Below are positions 8,599 through 17,777 of a DNA stretch of 28,106 nt, piece after piece. The stretch comes from Luteimonas sp. (GTDB lineage Bacteria; Pseudomonadota; Gammaproteobacteria; Xanthomonadales; Xanthomonadaceae): assembly GCA_039919835.1 (NCBI GenBank), contig JBDSEX010000033.1, positions 1 to 28,106 of the forward strand, in the 5' to 3' direction. The notes under the pieces were generated by a model that was given only the letters and a program-made list of their open reading frames with translations, did no database searches and was not told where the DNA came from. Positions within the stretch are counted from its first letter, which is position 1, and each line of letters begins with the position of its first letter. The position numbers were made by a program, and so were the translations under genes.

Positions 8599-9510
8599 AT
8601 GGCCGCCACTCTCATCGCCGTAATCGTCGCGCTCGTCCTTGGGCATCTCGCGCAATCGCTGGCCGCGTCCGTTCGCCACTTCGCCTGGTACGGCAACTGG
8701 TTGCGCTGGCTCGATGCGCGATTCCCAGAGGGCAGCGTCTGGCGCGGACGCTACGGCATCGTGCTGGCGCTGGTGCCGCCGCTGGTGGTGGTGGGTTTGT
8801 TCCAGCTCGCGCTGCAGGAGCCACTGCTCGGGCTGGCAGGGTTGCTGCTCGGGGTCGTCGTGCTGTTCTACGCATGGGGACCCCGTGACCTGGATCTGGA
8901 TGTCGACGCGATCGTCGAAGCACGCGATCCGGTCGCGCGTCGCGATGCCGCAGCCAAACTCTGGCCCGGTGGCGAGGGCGTTTCGCTGGATGGCGCGAGC
9001 CTCGTCGATGCGGTCTTCCAAAACGGCCTGCGACGCTGGTTCGGAGTGCTGTTCTGGTTCCTACTGCTGGGGCCGTTCGGCGCATTGCTTTACCGCCTCG
9101 CGGCGCTCTCGGCGGAAGGCGAATTCGCACGCACCTTGCCCGCCGAAACCGCTGCCGGCGCGCGCACCCTGGTCGCCATGCTCGACTGGCCGGTGGCGCA
9201 GCTGATGACGCTTTCAATGGCACTCGTCGGCAACTTCGACACCGTCCTCGGCGCATGGCGCGACGCAGGCGGCACCGCATTCGGGCTGGATACCGCATTC
9301 CTTGCCGCTGCCGCGCGCGCCAGCGTCAAGAGCGAGCTGGCGGACGAAGCCATGGACTACGCCGAATCGGGTGTGGCCACCTCGACTGCCGTCGTCGCCT
9401 CAACCCCGGAGCTCCCCGAATTGCGCGACGCGATGAGCCTGGTCTGGCGCATCCTGCTGCTGTGGCTCGCGGTGATCGCACTGTTCGTCATCGCCGGCTG
9501 GGTGGCCTGA
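8599..9510 (+). CDS. AmpE/CobD-CbiB-like membrane protein
   Basis: Multi-TM protein with RRWFGVLFWFLLLGPFGALLYRL and LDWPVAQL, the pattern of the AmpE/CobD family. Confidence 0.75.
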   Translation: MAATLIAVIVALVLGHLAQSLAASVRHFAWYGNWLRWLDARFPEGSVWRGRYGIVLALVPPLVVVGLFQLALQEPLLGLAGLLLGVVVLFYAWGPRDLDLDVDAIVEARDPVARRDAAAKLWPGGEGVSLDGASLVDAVFQNGLRRWFGVLFWFLLLGPFGALLYRLAALSAEGEFARTLPAETAAGARTLVAMLDWPVAQLMTLSMALVGNFDTVLGAWRDAGGTAFGLDTAFLAAAARASVKSELADEAMDYAESGVATSTAVVASTPELPELRDAMSLVWRILLLWLAVIALFVIAGWVA

Positions 9511-9619
9511 CGTACCAGGTGCGTCCCCCTAGGCGACGAGAAGTTTTTTTCCGGTAACACCTGCAGGTCGACGTGCAGTGCCAAGGACAGCGCGCACTGC
9601 GAATGCACGCGACACAACA

Positions 9620-9647
9620 CATTGCCGGCCCCGGGGAGCCGGCAATG
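9620..9647 (-). terminator. Hairpin downstream of the small lipoprotein gene
   Basis: Perfect 10-bp stem CATTGCCGGC/GCCGGCAATG with an 8-nt loop, 13 bp after the stop. The U-tail is weak (TGTTGTGT). Confidence 0.5.
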
Positions 9648-9660
9648 CGCATCTTCCACC

Positions 9661-9810
9661 TTACGGATTGGGGCTGGGCCCAGGGCTCGGCGTACTCGGG
9701 CGCGGACAGTTGGACCCCGTGCATTCGTCGTCGCAACCCGCCAACGACAGCGCACCCAAAAGCAGGCCCAGTGTGATGACCCAACGGGCCTTGTTCCTGA
9801 TGGCATTCAT
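9661..9810 (-). CDS. 49-aa lipoprotein (MNAIRNKARWVITLGLLLGALSLAG-CDDECTGSNCPRPSTPSPGPSPNP)
   Basis: Basic n-region, hydrophobic h-region, lipobox LAGC; GGAG upstream of the ATG; downstream hairpin. Confidence 0.75.
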   Translation of the reverse strand: MNAIRNKARWVITLGLLLGALSLAGCDDECTGSNCPRPSTPSPGPSPNP

Positions 9811-10054
9811 GAGTGTCAGATCTCCATGTCTCGAATGGGCCGGCGCATCGACCGACAGTGCCACGGTAAGTGGCGATCACATGCTGGTGGGCGCCGCGAT
9901 AATAATCCGTGAATGTTCCAGGCCTTGCACAGTCGCCGCGTGCGATCCACCTGCAAGCTCACGCATCAATTTCAGGCGCCGTGACCGCCGCGCGTTCCAG
10001 GACCGCTCGATTGGGAACGGCGCAACAGATCCTTGATGTGTCTACCCGTGCTGA

Positions 10055-11968
10055 TCACACCGCGTCGCCACGCAACTCACGGACGTTCGCTTCCAACGAT
10101 TGTGATGTCGCCTCGCTGCCATCAACGGGCGCACCCGTTACAACCTCCACCTGCGCACGAAATCGCCGCGGAATGCGCATGCGGCCCGGTGTCCCGCTTT
10201 CAGGTTGCACGCTGCGGCGGCTCCACATGCTCGCCCACATCCCGCGCAGCGCCATCGGCACCACCGGCACGGGACGACCCGCCTCGCGCGCCCGCGCAAG
10301 GATCTTCTCGACCCCCGACTTGAACGGCGCGATCGCGCCATCGGCCGTCAGCCGCCCCTCCGGGAAAATGCCGATCAGTTCACCTTCCGCCAGCGCCGCA
10401 TCGATTTCGTCGAACGCGCGCTGCATCAGCGCCGGGTCCTCGCGCGCGCCCGCAATCGGGATCGCCCTGGCGGTGCGGAAGATCCAGCGCATCACCGGAA
10501 TGTTGAAGATCCGGTGGTACATCACGAACCGCACCGGCCGCGGGATCGCGCCTGCGAGGATCAATGCATCCATGTAGCTGACGTGGTTGCACACGAGCAG
10601 CGCCGGGCCCTCGTCTGGAACGTTGCGGATACCGTGGAGGCGCAGCCGGTACAGCGTCTTCACCAGCGCCCAGCTGAGGAATCGCATCAGGAATTCGGGG
10701 ACGAGCGCGAAGATCCACATCGCAACCAACGCATTGGCGATGGCGAGTGCAAGGAACACCTGTGGAATCGTCCAGCCGAAATAACGCTGCACGACGATGC
10801 CAAGCACCGCCGCAGTCACGATCAGTGCCGCGTTCTGGATGTTCATCGCGGCAATGACGCGCGAGATTTCGTTTTTCGGCGTTCGACCCTGGATCAGCGC
10901 GAACAACGGCACCACGAACAGCCCGGTGAAAAGTCCGATGCCGACCAGGTCCATGGCGATGCGCCAGCTTCCGGCTTGTTGCAGGAAGGCGCTGACATCC
11001 AGTCCGGTCTTCGTTGCAACACCGATGCGGGCAAAGTACAGGTCCAGCAGGAAGGCGCTGATTCCGAATGCCCCGAGCGGCACCAGTCCGATTTCCACCG
11101 TGCGCGCCGACAGCTTCTCGCACAACAGTGAACCCACGCCGGTGCCGATCGAGAACAGCGCCAGCGCGAGGATGTACAGCGTGTCGGTGCCACCGAGATT
11201 GATGTCGGCGTAGGTCGGCAGGTTGGCCGTGAGCACCGTGCCGATGAACCAGAACCATGAAACGCCCAGCATCGCGTTGCGCACTGCTGGCTGTTTTTTC
11301 GCGAGCCGCAACACGGCCAACGATTCGGGAACTGGATTCCAGTTGATCTTCAACTCCGGCGCACCGGGTTCCGCACGCGGGATCGCCCGGCTGACCAGGT
11401 TGCCGGTGATCGCCAGCATGACGATGGCAGTCGCGGCCACCACAGGCCCGTGCCCGCCGGCCAGCTTGAAGATCAATCCGCCAAACAGCATGCCGGTCAG
11501 GATCGAGATCGACGTGCCCATCTCGACCAGGCCGTTGCCACCGGTCAACTCTTCCGGTTTCAACACCGACGGGAGGATCGAATACTTCACGGGCCCGAAC
11601 AGCGCCGACTGCAGGCCTGTACAGAACAGTGCAACCAGCAGCACGATCATGTTCTGCGTCAGGAAGCCGACCGCGGCCAGCGACATGATCGCGATTTCCA
11701 TCGCGGTGGTGATGCGGATCAGCCGGGACTTCTCCAGCTTCTCCGCGATCTGGCCGGCGGTGGCGGAAAACAGGAAGTACGGGAGGATGAACAGTGCCGG
11801 CGCGAGGTTTGTGTACAGCGTGCGTTGCTCGGGACTGACGCCCAGATAGAACAACAGGCCGATGATGGCCTGCCGATAGACGTTGTCGTTGAACGCGCCG
11901 AGCGCCTGCGTGGCGAAGAACGGCAGGAAGCGGCGTTGCCGGAGCAACTCGAACTGGTTGTGGGCCAT
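10055..11968 (-). CDS. MFS lysophospholipid transporter fused to a PlsC-type acyltransferase (LplT/Aas-like)
   Basis: TQALGAFNDN, FGPVKYSILP and GNGLVEMGT in the MFS part; C-terminal NHVSYMD and IFPEG acyltransferase motifs. Confidence 0.92.
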   Translation of the reverse strand: MAHNQFELLRQRRFLPFFATQALGAFNDNVYRQAIIGLLFYLGVSPEQRTLYTNLAPALFILPYFLFSATAGQIAEKLEKSRLIRITTAMEIAIMSLAAVGFLTQNMIVLLVALFCTGLQSALFGPVKYSILPSVLKPEELTGGNGLVEMGTSISILTGMLFGGLIFKLAGGHGPVVAATAIVMLAITGNLVSRAIPRAEPGAPELKINWNPVPESLAVLRLAKKQPAVRNAMLGVSWFWFIGTVLTANLPTYADINLGGTDTLYILALALFSIGTGVGSLLCEKLSARTVEIGLVPLGAFGISAFLLDLYFARIGVATKTGLDVSAFLQQAGSWRIAMDLVGIGLFTGLFVVPLFALIQGRTPKNEISRVIAAMNIQNAALIVTAAVLGIVVQRYFGWTIPQVFLALAIANALVAMWIFALVPEFLMRFLSWALVKTLYRLRLHGIRNVPDEGPALLVCNHVSYMDALILAGAIPRPVRFVMYHRIFNIPVMRWIFRTARAIPIAGAREDPALMQRAFDEIDAALAEGELIGIFPEGRLTADGAIAPFKSGVEKILARAREAGRPVPVVPMALRGMWASMWSRRSVQPESGTPGRMRIPRRFRAQVEVVTGAPVDGSEATSQSLEANVRELRGDAV

Positions 11969-12153
11969 GAATCCCCCGGGATCAGCGCGGAGTGTAGCGA
12001 AGGAGTACTTCGTTCTCCCGTCGGACGACGTGCAGAAGGCGTATCGGGGCGTGAACCCTCAGATGGTCGTGTCCATGGCGAACTCTGCACGCGGAATCGT
12101 TACGCACTCTCCGTCGCTGCGCGCCACCGGCTCCTGGACGAGAAGGAAAAACA

Positions 12154-13440
12154 TCAAGCGTTTTCCCGCTCGATCGCCCGCCATCCGATGTCATGCCGAT
12201 GAAATTCCCCATGCCATGAAATTCCCGCCACTTCCGCATAGGCGCGGCGTTGCGCATCGACCACGGAGTCCCCCAGCGCGCACACGCACAGGACGCGGCC
12301 GCCGCTGGTGACCACATGGCCGCCTTCCACTGCGGTGCCGGCGTGGAAGACCTTGGTGCCTTCGACATCCGGTGCATCCCAGGCGTTGATGACATCACCG
12401 AGGCGCGGGATACCTGGATAGTTCGCCGCGGCCATCACCACGCCGAGCGACGGACGCGCATCCCACTGCGCCTGGACGTCGTGCAAGCGCTGGTCGATCG
12501 CGGCTTCGACAAGATCCAGCAGGTCCGACTGCAGGCGCAGCATCACCGGCTGCGTTTCCGGATCGCCGAAACGGACGTTGAATTCGATGACTTTGGGTGC
12601 GCCGTTGCCGTCGATCATCAATCCGGCATAGAGGAACCCGGTGAACGGCACGCCATCGGCGATCATGCCGCGCACGGTCGGCTGGATCACCTCGCGCATC
12701 ACCCGTGCATGCACGTCCGGGGTCACCACCGGCGCCGGTGAATACGCGCCCATGCCGCCGGTGTTTGGGCCGGTATCCCCGTCGCCGACGCGTTTGTGGT
12801 CCTGCGAGGTTGCCATCGGCAACGCGGTGGCGCCATCGACCATGCAGATGAAACTGGCTTCCTCGCCCTCGAGGAATTCCTCGATGACCACGCGCGCGCC
12901 CGCGGTGCCGAATGCATTGCCGGCGAGCATGTCGGTGATCGCCGCTTCGGCTTCGGGCAAGGTCATCGCCACGATCACGCCCTTGCCAGCGGCCAGGCCG
13001 TCGGCCTTGACGACGATCGGCGCGCCCTTGGCGCGCACGTAGGCAAGCGCGGCATCGACATCGGTATGTACGGCGTAATGCGCGGTCGGAATGGCGTGCC
13101 GCGCCAGGAAGTCCTTGGCGAACGCCTTGCTGCCTTCCAGCTGCGCGGCGGCCGCGGTGGGTCCGAAGATGCACCGGCCTTCGGCACGGAAGCAGTCAAC
13201 GATGCCGGCGACCAGAGGTTGTTCCGGTCCGACGACCGTCAGTGCCACGCCTTCGCGCTCCGCCAGCGCAAGCAAGCCATCGATGTCGACCGCACTGATG
13301 GCGACATTGCGGCATTTCGTTTCCGACGCCGTGCCCGCGTTGCCCGGCGCGACGATGATTTCATCGACACGCGGCGATTGCGCCAGCTTCCACGCCAGCG
13401 CGTGTTCGCGGCCACCGGAACCGATGACAAGAATTTTCAT
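12154..13440 (-). CDS. purD: Phosphoribosylamine-glycine ligase
   Basis: MKILVIGSGGREHALAW, VKADGLAAGKGV, QDHKR, NTGGMGAY and EFNVRFGDPE. Confidence 0.98.
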   Translation of the reverse strand: MKILVIGSGGREHALAWKLAQSPRVDEIIVAPGNAGTASETKCRNVAISAVDIDGLLALAEREGVALTVVGPEQPLVAGIVDCFRAEGRCIFGPTAAAAQLEGSKAFAKDFLARHAIPTAHYAVHTDVDAALAYVRAKGAPIVVKADGLAAGKGVIVAMTLPEAEAAITDMLAGNAFGTAGARVVIEEFLEGEEASFICMVDGATALPMATSQDHKRVGDGDTGPNTGGMGAYSPAPVVTPDVHARVMREVIQPTVRGMIADGVPFTGFLYAGLMIDGNGAPKVIEFNVRFGDPETQPVMLRLQSDLLDLVEAAIDQRLHDVQAQWDARPSLGVVMAAANYPGIPRLGDVINAWDAPDVEGTKVFHAGTAVEGGHVVTSGGRVLCVCALGDSVVDAQRRAYAEVAGISWHGEFHRHDIGWRAIERENA

Positions 13441-13524
13441 GGTGTCGAGCTCCCCCATTCGTCATCCAACCCAGCGCGGAGTGGTGAGCAGTCGCGCCCA
13501 CGCGTATCCACGGACGCTGGGCGA

Positions 13525-15096
13525 TCAATGCCGGAAATGCCGCACACCGGTAAACACCATCGCCATTCCATGCTCATCCGCGGACGCAACGACCTCGCTG
13601 TCCCGCATCGAGCCACCCGGCTGGATCACCGCCTTGATGCCAGCCGCTGCAGCGGCATCAATGCCGTCGCGGAACGGGAAGAAAGCGTCGCTGGCCATCA
13701 CCGAACCTTGCACCACCAGGCCGGCTTCTTCCGCCTTCATTCCTGCGATCTTCGCACTGACCACGCGGCTCATCTGGCCCGCGCCGATGCCGATGGTGCG
13801 CGAGTCCTTGGCATACACGATTGCATTGGACTTGACGTATTTCGCCACGCGCCAGGAAAACAGGAGATCGTTGACTTCGTCGCCGGACGGCGTTCGCCGG
13901 GTGACGACTTTCAAGTCATCACGCGTGACGATGCGATCGTCCGCAGTCTGCATCAACAGGCCGCAACCCACCCGCTTGGTGTCGAACCAGTTGCCACCGT
14001 CGCCGTGCGGGATACGCAGCACGCGTACGTTCGCCTTCCTTGCGCAGTATTCGAGTGCGCCGCCATCGAATTCCGGTGCGATCAGTACCTCGACGAACTG
14101 GCGATCGAGGATGGCTTTCGCCGTCGCTGCGTCCAGCCGCGCGTTGAACGCGAGGATGCCGCCGAAGGCCGAGGTCGGATCGGTCGCGTACGCAAGTTCA
14201 TACGCATCGCCGCACGCCGCTCCTTCGGCCACGCCGCAGGGATTGGCGTGCTTGACGATGACGCAGGCCGGCCGCGCGAACTGGCGCACGCATTCCCACG
14301 CGGCGTCGGCGTCGGCGAGGTTGTTGTAGCTGAGTTCCTTGCCCTGCAGCTGCGTAAACGTCGCAAGCGTTCCCGCGGACGGATACAAGTCGCGGTAGAA
14401 CGCCCCCTGCTGGTGCGGGTTTTCGCCGTAGCGCAGGTCCATGACCTTGGTGAAGTTGCCGTTCAACTGCGCCGGGAATGTCGCGCGTACGCCGTCATCG
14501 CCGATGGAGGAGAGGTAATCGCTTATGCAGGCGTCGTATCGCGCGACGCGGTTGAACGCGGCCACCGAGAGCGAGAAACGCGTTTTTGCCGACAGGGAGC
14601 CATCGTGTGCGGCGAGCTCTTCCAGCAGTGCGCCGTACTGCGATGGATCGGTGGCGACCGCGACGTGGGCGAAGTTTTTCGCTGCGGCACGCAGCATCGC
14701 CGGACCACCGATGTCGATGTTGTCGATGATGGTCTCGAAGGAATTTGCGGCGTCGGCCGAGACGCGCTCGAACGGATACAGGTTGAGCACAAGCAGGTCG
14801 ATGGGCTCGATGCCGTGCTCGGCCATCACCGCGTCGTCCGTGCCTGCTCGCCCGAGAAGTGCGCCGTGGATCCTGGGATGCAGCGTCTTGACGCGCCCGT
14901 CCATGATCTCCGGAAAGTCAGTGACCTCCGCCATCTCGGTCACATCGAGCCCCGCGTCGCGCAAGGCCCGTGCGCTGCCACCGGTAGACAGCAAGGCGAT
15001 GCCGCGGCCCGCCAGCGCATGCGCCAGCTCGACCAGACCGGTCTTGTCGGACACGGACAACAAGGCCCTGCGAATGGGCAGGCGGTCAGGGGTCAT
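13525..15096 (-). CDS. purH: Bifunctional AICAR transformylase / IMP cyclohydrolase
   Basis: [44 protein letters not shown] and GVRHFRH. Confidence 0.98.
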   Translation of the reverse strand: MTPDRLPIRRALLSVSDKTGLVELAHALAGRGIALLSTGGSARALRDAGLDVTEMAEVTDFPEIMDGRVKTLHPRIHGALLGRAGTDDAVMAEHGIEPIDLLVLNLYPFERVSADAANSFETIIDNIDIGGPAMLRAAAKNFAHVAVATDPSQYGALLEELAAHDGSLSAKTRFSLSVAAFNRVARYDACISDYLSSIGDDGVRATFPAQLNGNFTKVMDLRYGENPHQQGAFYRDLYPSAGTLATFTQLQGKELSYNNLADADAAWECVRQFARPACVIVKHANPCGVAEGAACGDAYELAYATDPTSAFGGILAFNARLDAATAKAILDRQFVEVLIAPEFDGGALEYCARKANVRVLRIPHGDGGNWFDTKRVGCGLLMQTADDRIVTRDDLKVVTRRTPSGDEVNDLLFSWRVAKYVKSNAIVYAKDSRTIGIGAGQMSRVVSAKIAGMKAEEAGLVVQGSVMASDAFFPFRDGIDAAAAAGIKAVIQPGGSMRDSEVVASADEHGMAMVFTGVRHFRH

Positions 15097-15125
15097 TCGG
15101 GGAATCGTGCGGTGAAAGAGCGCGA

Positions 15126-15131
15126 ATTATA
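15126..15131 (-). promoter_or_regulatory. Perfect -10 hexamer (TATAAT) upstream of purH
   Basis: TATAAT on the minus strand, 29 nt before the purH ATG. No convincing -35. Confidence 0.55.
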
Positions 15132-15331
15132 GCGGCCGCATCGCCCACGACCTGCGCGCGTTTGGCGTCAGGCCAAAAGCTGAAGGCTGCCATGCCCGTC
15201 ATTTCCGTAGCGCTCGAGAGCATGAGCCGGCGGAATCCCATGTCAAGGAAATCAGCAGGAAGGCAAATCAGGCAATCGGCAGGCTGCCACTGTTTCCTGG
15301 ATGCCTGCATCCCGCATGCGTAACGCTTGGA

Positions 15332-15607
15332 TCAGCCTAATCCGTAATCCTTCAGCTTCCTGCGCAACGTCGCACGATGGATGCCGAGCATCATCGCGGC
15401 GCGGCTCTGGTTGCCTTCGCAATGGTTCAGCACTTCGACGAACAGTGGGATCTCGAATTCGCGCAATGCGACGTCGTACAGGTCGGTGCTGTTGCAACCG
15501 TTCAAGTCACGCAGGTAACGCCGCACCGAGCTGGAGACATGTTCGCGCAACGGTGTGCGCGGTGCGCTGCGGCTGGCGTTGTCGGTGCGATCGGTTGCGT
15601 TGTTCAA
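15332..15607 (-). CDS. fis: DNA-binding protein Fis
   Basis: [41 protein letters not shown]; position upstream of purH; TTG start. Confidence 0.92.
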   Translation of the reverse strand: MNNATDRTDNASRSAPRTPLREHVSSSVRRYLRDLNGCNSTDLYDVALREFEIPLFVEVLNHCEGNQSRAAMMLGIHRATLRRKLKDYGLG

Positions 15608-15721
15608 GCGGCGTCCCCGGAAAACTGCGCCGCCGGATGTCTCGACGGGGGAGCGAGTCTAGCGCGGTCCCGGCGCGCCCGACAACGAAAACAACCGCAT
15701 TCCGTCAAAATACTTTCGCAT

Positions 15722-16570
15722 TCATCTGAAGTCGAAAGAAAACGAGACGGTGTCGGGAACGGGCTCCTCGATTTCGAGCGCGACGGCGGCGGTCTGGCCG
15801 GTGGCGATGAGTTTCTGCGTCGGCGCTCCGCCCAGGTACTCATTGGCGGTGAACGTGCGGCTGCCGGTCACGCGGCCACTGGCATCGGACAGCGTCAGCA
15901 CCAGTAGCGGCCAAGGCTGCGGCCAGCGCGCATCGTTGCGGAATGCCGCGCGGATGAGCAGGGCATCGGCAGTGGCGGGATGCGCGTGCACGTCGCGCGC
16001 AAGCATGGTGAATGCACCCACTTCGCGCCATGGCGGAATGTCGCAGCGCAGTGCGGCGCAGACGCTGAGGATCCTCGCGCGCCAGCGCGGATGCGCCGCG
16101 ATGGACGCGCGGTCAGCGACCATCAATTGCAACAGCAGCAACAGCAACAGACAGGCCGCCACCGGCCAAGGCCAGCGCGCGCGATGCGTTGCCGCTTCAG
16201 CTGCGACGCTGCGTCTGGCGAAGCTGGGATGCGCGCGCTTAGGCCGGTTTTGCGCTGCGGACGCGCGTTGTGGTGCTTGCGCGGGGGTGTTGTCCGTTGG
16301 GTGCGCATCTACTTCCGATCCGCCGTCGGAGGCGCGATCCTCGTCATCGACAGGGACATCGATGGCTGGCGCGGGAGAGTCCGTGGAGGCGGATGCCGGG
16401 ACGACGGTGTTGGCGAAGACGCCTTCCTGCAAGTCCAACTGCACGCCCGAGTCCATTTCTGTCGCACCACCGCCGATCGCGCCATCGCAATACGGGCAAA
16501 AATCCGGCGCTGCGTCCGTCACGGCGTCAACGGCGACCAGCGACTGGCAATGCGGACAGCTCACGAACAT
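15722..16570 (-). CDS. Zinc-ribbon plus DUF3426 domain protein
   Basis: N-terminal CPHC…CPYC, acidic linker, TM helix, C-terminal WPLLVLTLSDASG…FTANEYL; position between prmA and fis. Confidence 0.85.
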   Translation of the reverse strand: MFVSCPHCQSLVAVDAVTDAAPDFCPYCDGAIGGGATEMDSGVQLDLQEGVFANTVVPASASTDSPAPAIDVPVDDEDRASDGGSEVDAHPTDNTPAQAPQRASAAQNRPKRAHPSFARRSVAAEAATHRARWPWPVAACLLLLLLLQLMVADRASIAAHPRWRARILSVCAALRCDIPPWREVGAFTMLARDVHAHPATADALLIRAAFRNDARWPQPWPLLVLTLSDASGRVTGSRTFTANEYLGGAPTQKLIATGQTAAVALEIEEPVPDTVSFSFDFR

Positions 16571-16733
16571 GGCCTATGCAACCACGCCGGTGCGTGCCCG
16601 GCTCGATGGATCATGGCCAGCACCTTCCATGCGCATCTGCGCCAGGACAGGTCCACGGACCACCTGGATCGCGGACCGCCACTGCGGTCGCGGATGTAGC
16701 GAGGCCAATGCGCTGTGGCGATGCGCGCGAGTC

Positions 16734-17657
16734 TCATCGAGCATGACGAACACCCTCCATGCGCAGCCAGTCACCTTCCCGTGCAACCTCGAGCGCGTCG
16801 AAGAACGTGCCGTAACGCAGCAGCAATTCGTCTTCCTGCCCCTGGAGGATCCCGGACAGCGCGATGCGTCCGCCGGGTTGCACGCGCGACGCGAGTTTGT
16901 CGGCCAGCAGGTCCAGCGCGGACGCGAGTATGTTCGCCACGACGATGGGATAGGTCGCGGCGATTTCGTCGTCCGGCAGGAAAACATCGAGCAGCGCGCC
17001 GACCCCATTGCGCTGCGCGTTGTCGCGCGAGGCAAGCAACGCCTGAGGATCGGTGTCGACGCCAACCGCATGCGCGGCACCCAGTTTCAGCGCGGCCAGC
17101 GCGAGGATGCCGCTGCCGCAACCGAAGTCGAGCACGTCGCGTCCCTGCAGGGCGTCGGCCACCGCAAGCGCATCGAGCCATTGCAGGCAGAGCGCGGTGG
17201 TGGGATGCGTGCCGGAGCCGAACGCAAGCCCGGGATCGAGCCGCACGATGGCGGCGTCGGGCGTGTCGGCTTGCACCGGAAGCGCATGATTCCACGGCAC
17301 GATCCAGGTGCGTGCGCCGAAGCGCATGGGCGCGTACTGGTCCATCCACGCGCGTTCCCAGTCCTGGTCCTCGACCTGCCGGAAGCGTGCATGCGACCAG
17401 TCGAGCGTGGGATCGAAGGCGTCGAGTTCGGCCAGCAGCAGCAGCGCGTCCGCGTCGTGGGGGAACAACGCCGTTACCACCATCGCATCCCACAATGGCG
17501 TTTCCCCGACGCCCGGTTCGAGGATGGCGTGTTCGTTTGCGGTGTCGGCGTCGGCGTCGAGCAGCGTCACCGCCAGTGCGCCGACATCCTCCAGGGCATC
17601 CTGGTAACGCGGCTGCTCGGATTCGCGGCAGCGCAATGTGAGTTCAAGAAAGGGCAT
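16734..17657 (-). CDS. prmA: Ribosomal protein L11 methyltransferase
   Basis: [37 protein letters not shown] and LSGIL. Start placed at MPFLEL. Confidence 0.97.
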   Translation of the reverse strand: MPFLELTLRCRESEQPRYQDALEDVGALAVTLLDADADTANEHAILEPGVGETPLWDAMVVTALFPHDADALLLLAELDAFDPTLDWSHARFRQVEDQDWERAWMDQYAPMRFGARTWIVPWNHALPVQADTPDAAIVRLDPGLAFGSGTHPTTALCLQWLDALAVADALQGRDVLDFGCGSGILALAALKLGAAHAVGVDTDPQALLASRDNAQRNGVGALLDVFLPDDEIAATYPIVVANILASALDLLADKLASRVQPGGRIALSGILQGQEDELLLRYGTFFDALEVAREGDWLRMEGVRHAR

Positions 17658-17777
17658 GCGGCAGATTAGCGCAACAGGTCGAGCCGGAGTCGATCGCAGC
17701 CCGTGGTGCGGGTAGGCGAAGTCGCGGTTGCAGAACCTTTGCTGCGGCGGACGGCATGTCCGCACGGGATCTGCGCC

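Noticed and set aside
5383-9536. Identical 12-mer CCCCCTAGGCGA at 5383-5394 and 9525-9536
   Set aside because: 12-mer repeats are expected by chance in 28 kb of GC-rich DNA. The first copy is simply the SD of the EAL gene, and the second precedes no start codon.
12796-15132. 778-aa + strand ORF
   Set aside because: Lies entirely antisense to purD and purH; a shadow ORF with no family motifs.
15097-15331. ZMP/ZTP (pfl) riboswitch upstream of purH
   Set aside because: The conserved GACUGGCG and CGCCUGGG elements are absent, and a TATAAT close to the ATG implies a short leader.
15750-17669. 639-aa + strand ORF
   Set aside because: Antisense to DUF3426 and prmA; low-complexity Ala/Ser/Arg shadow.
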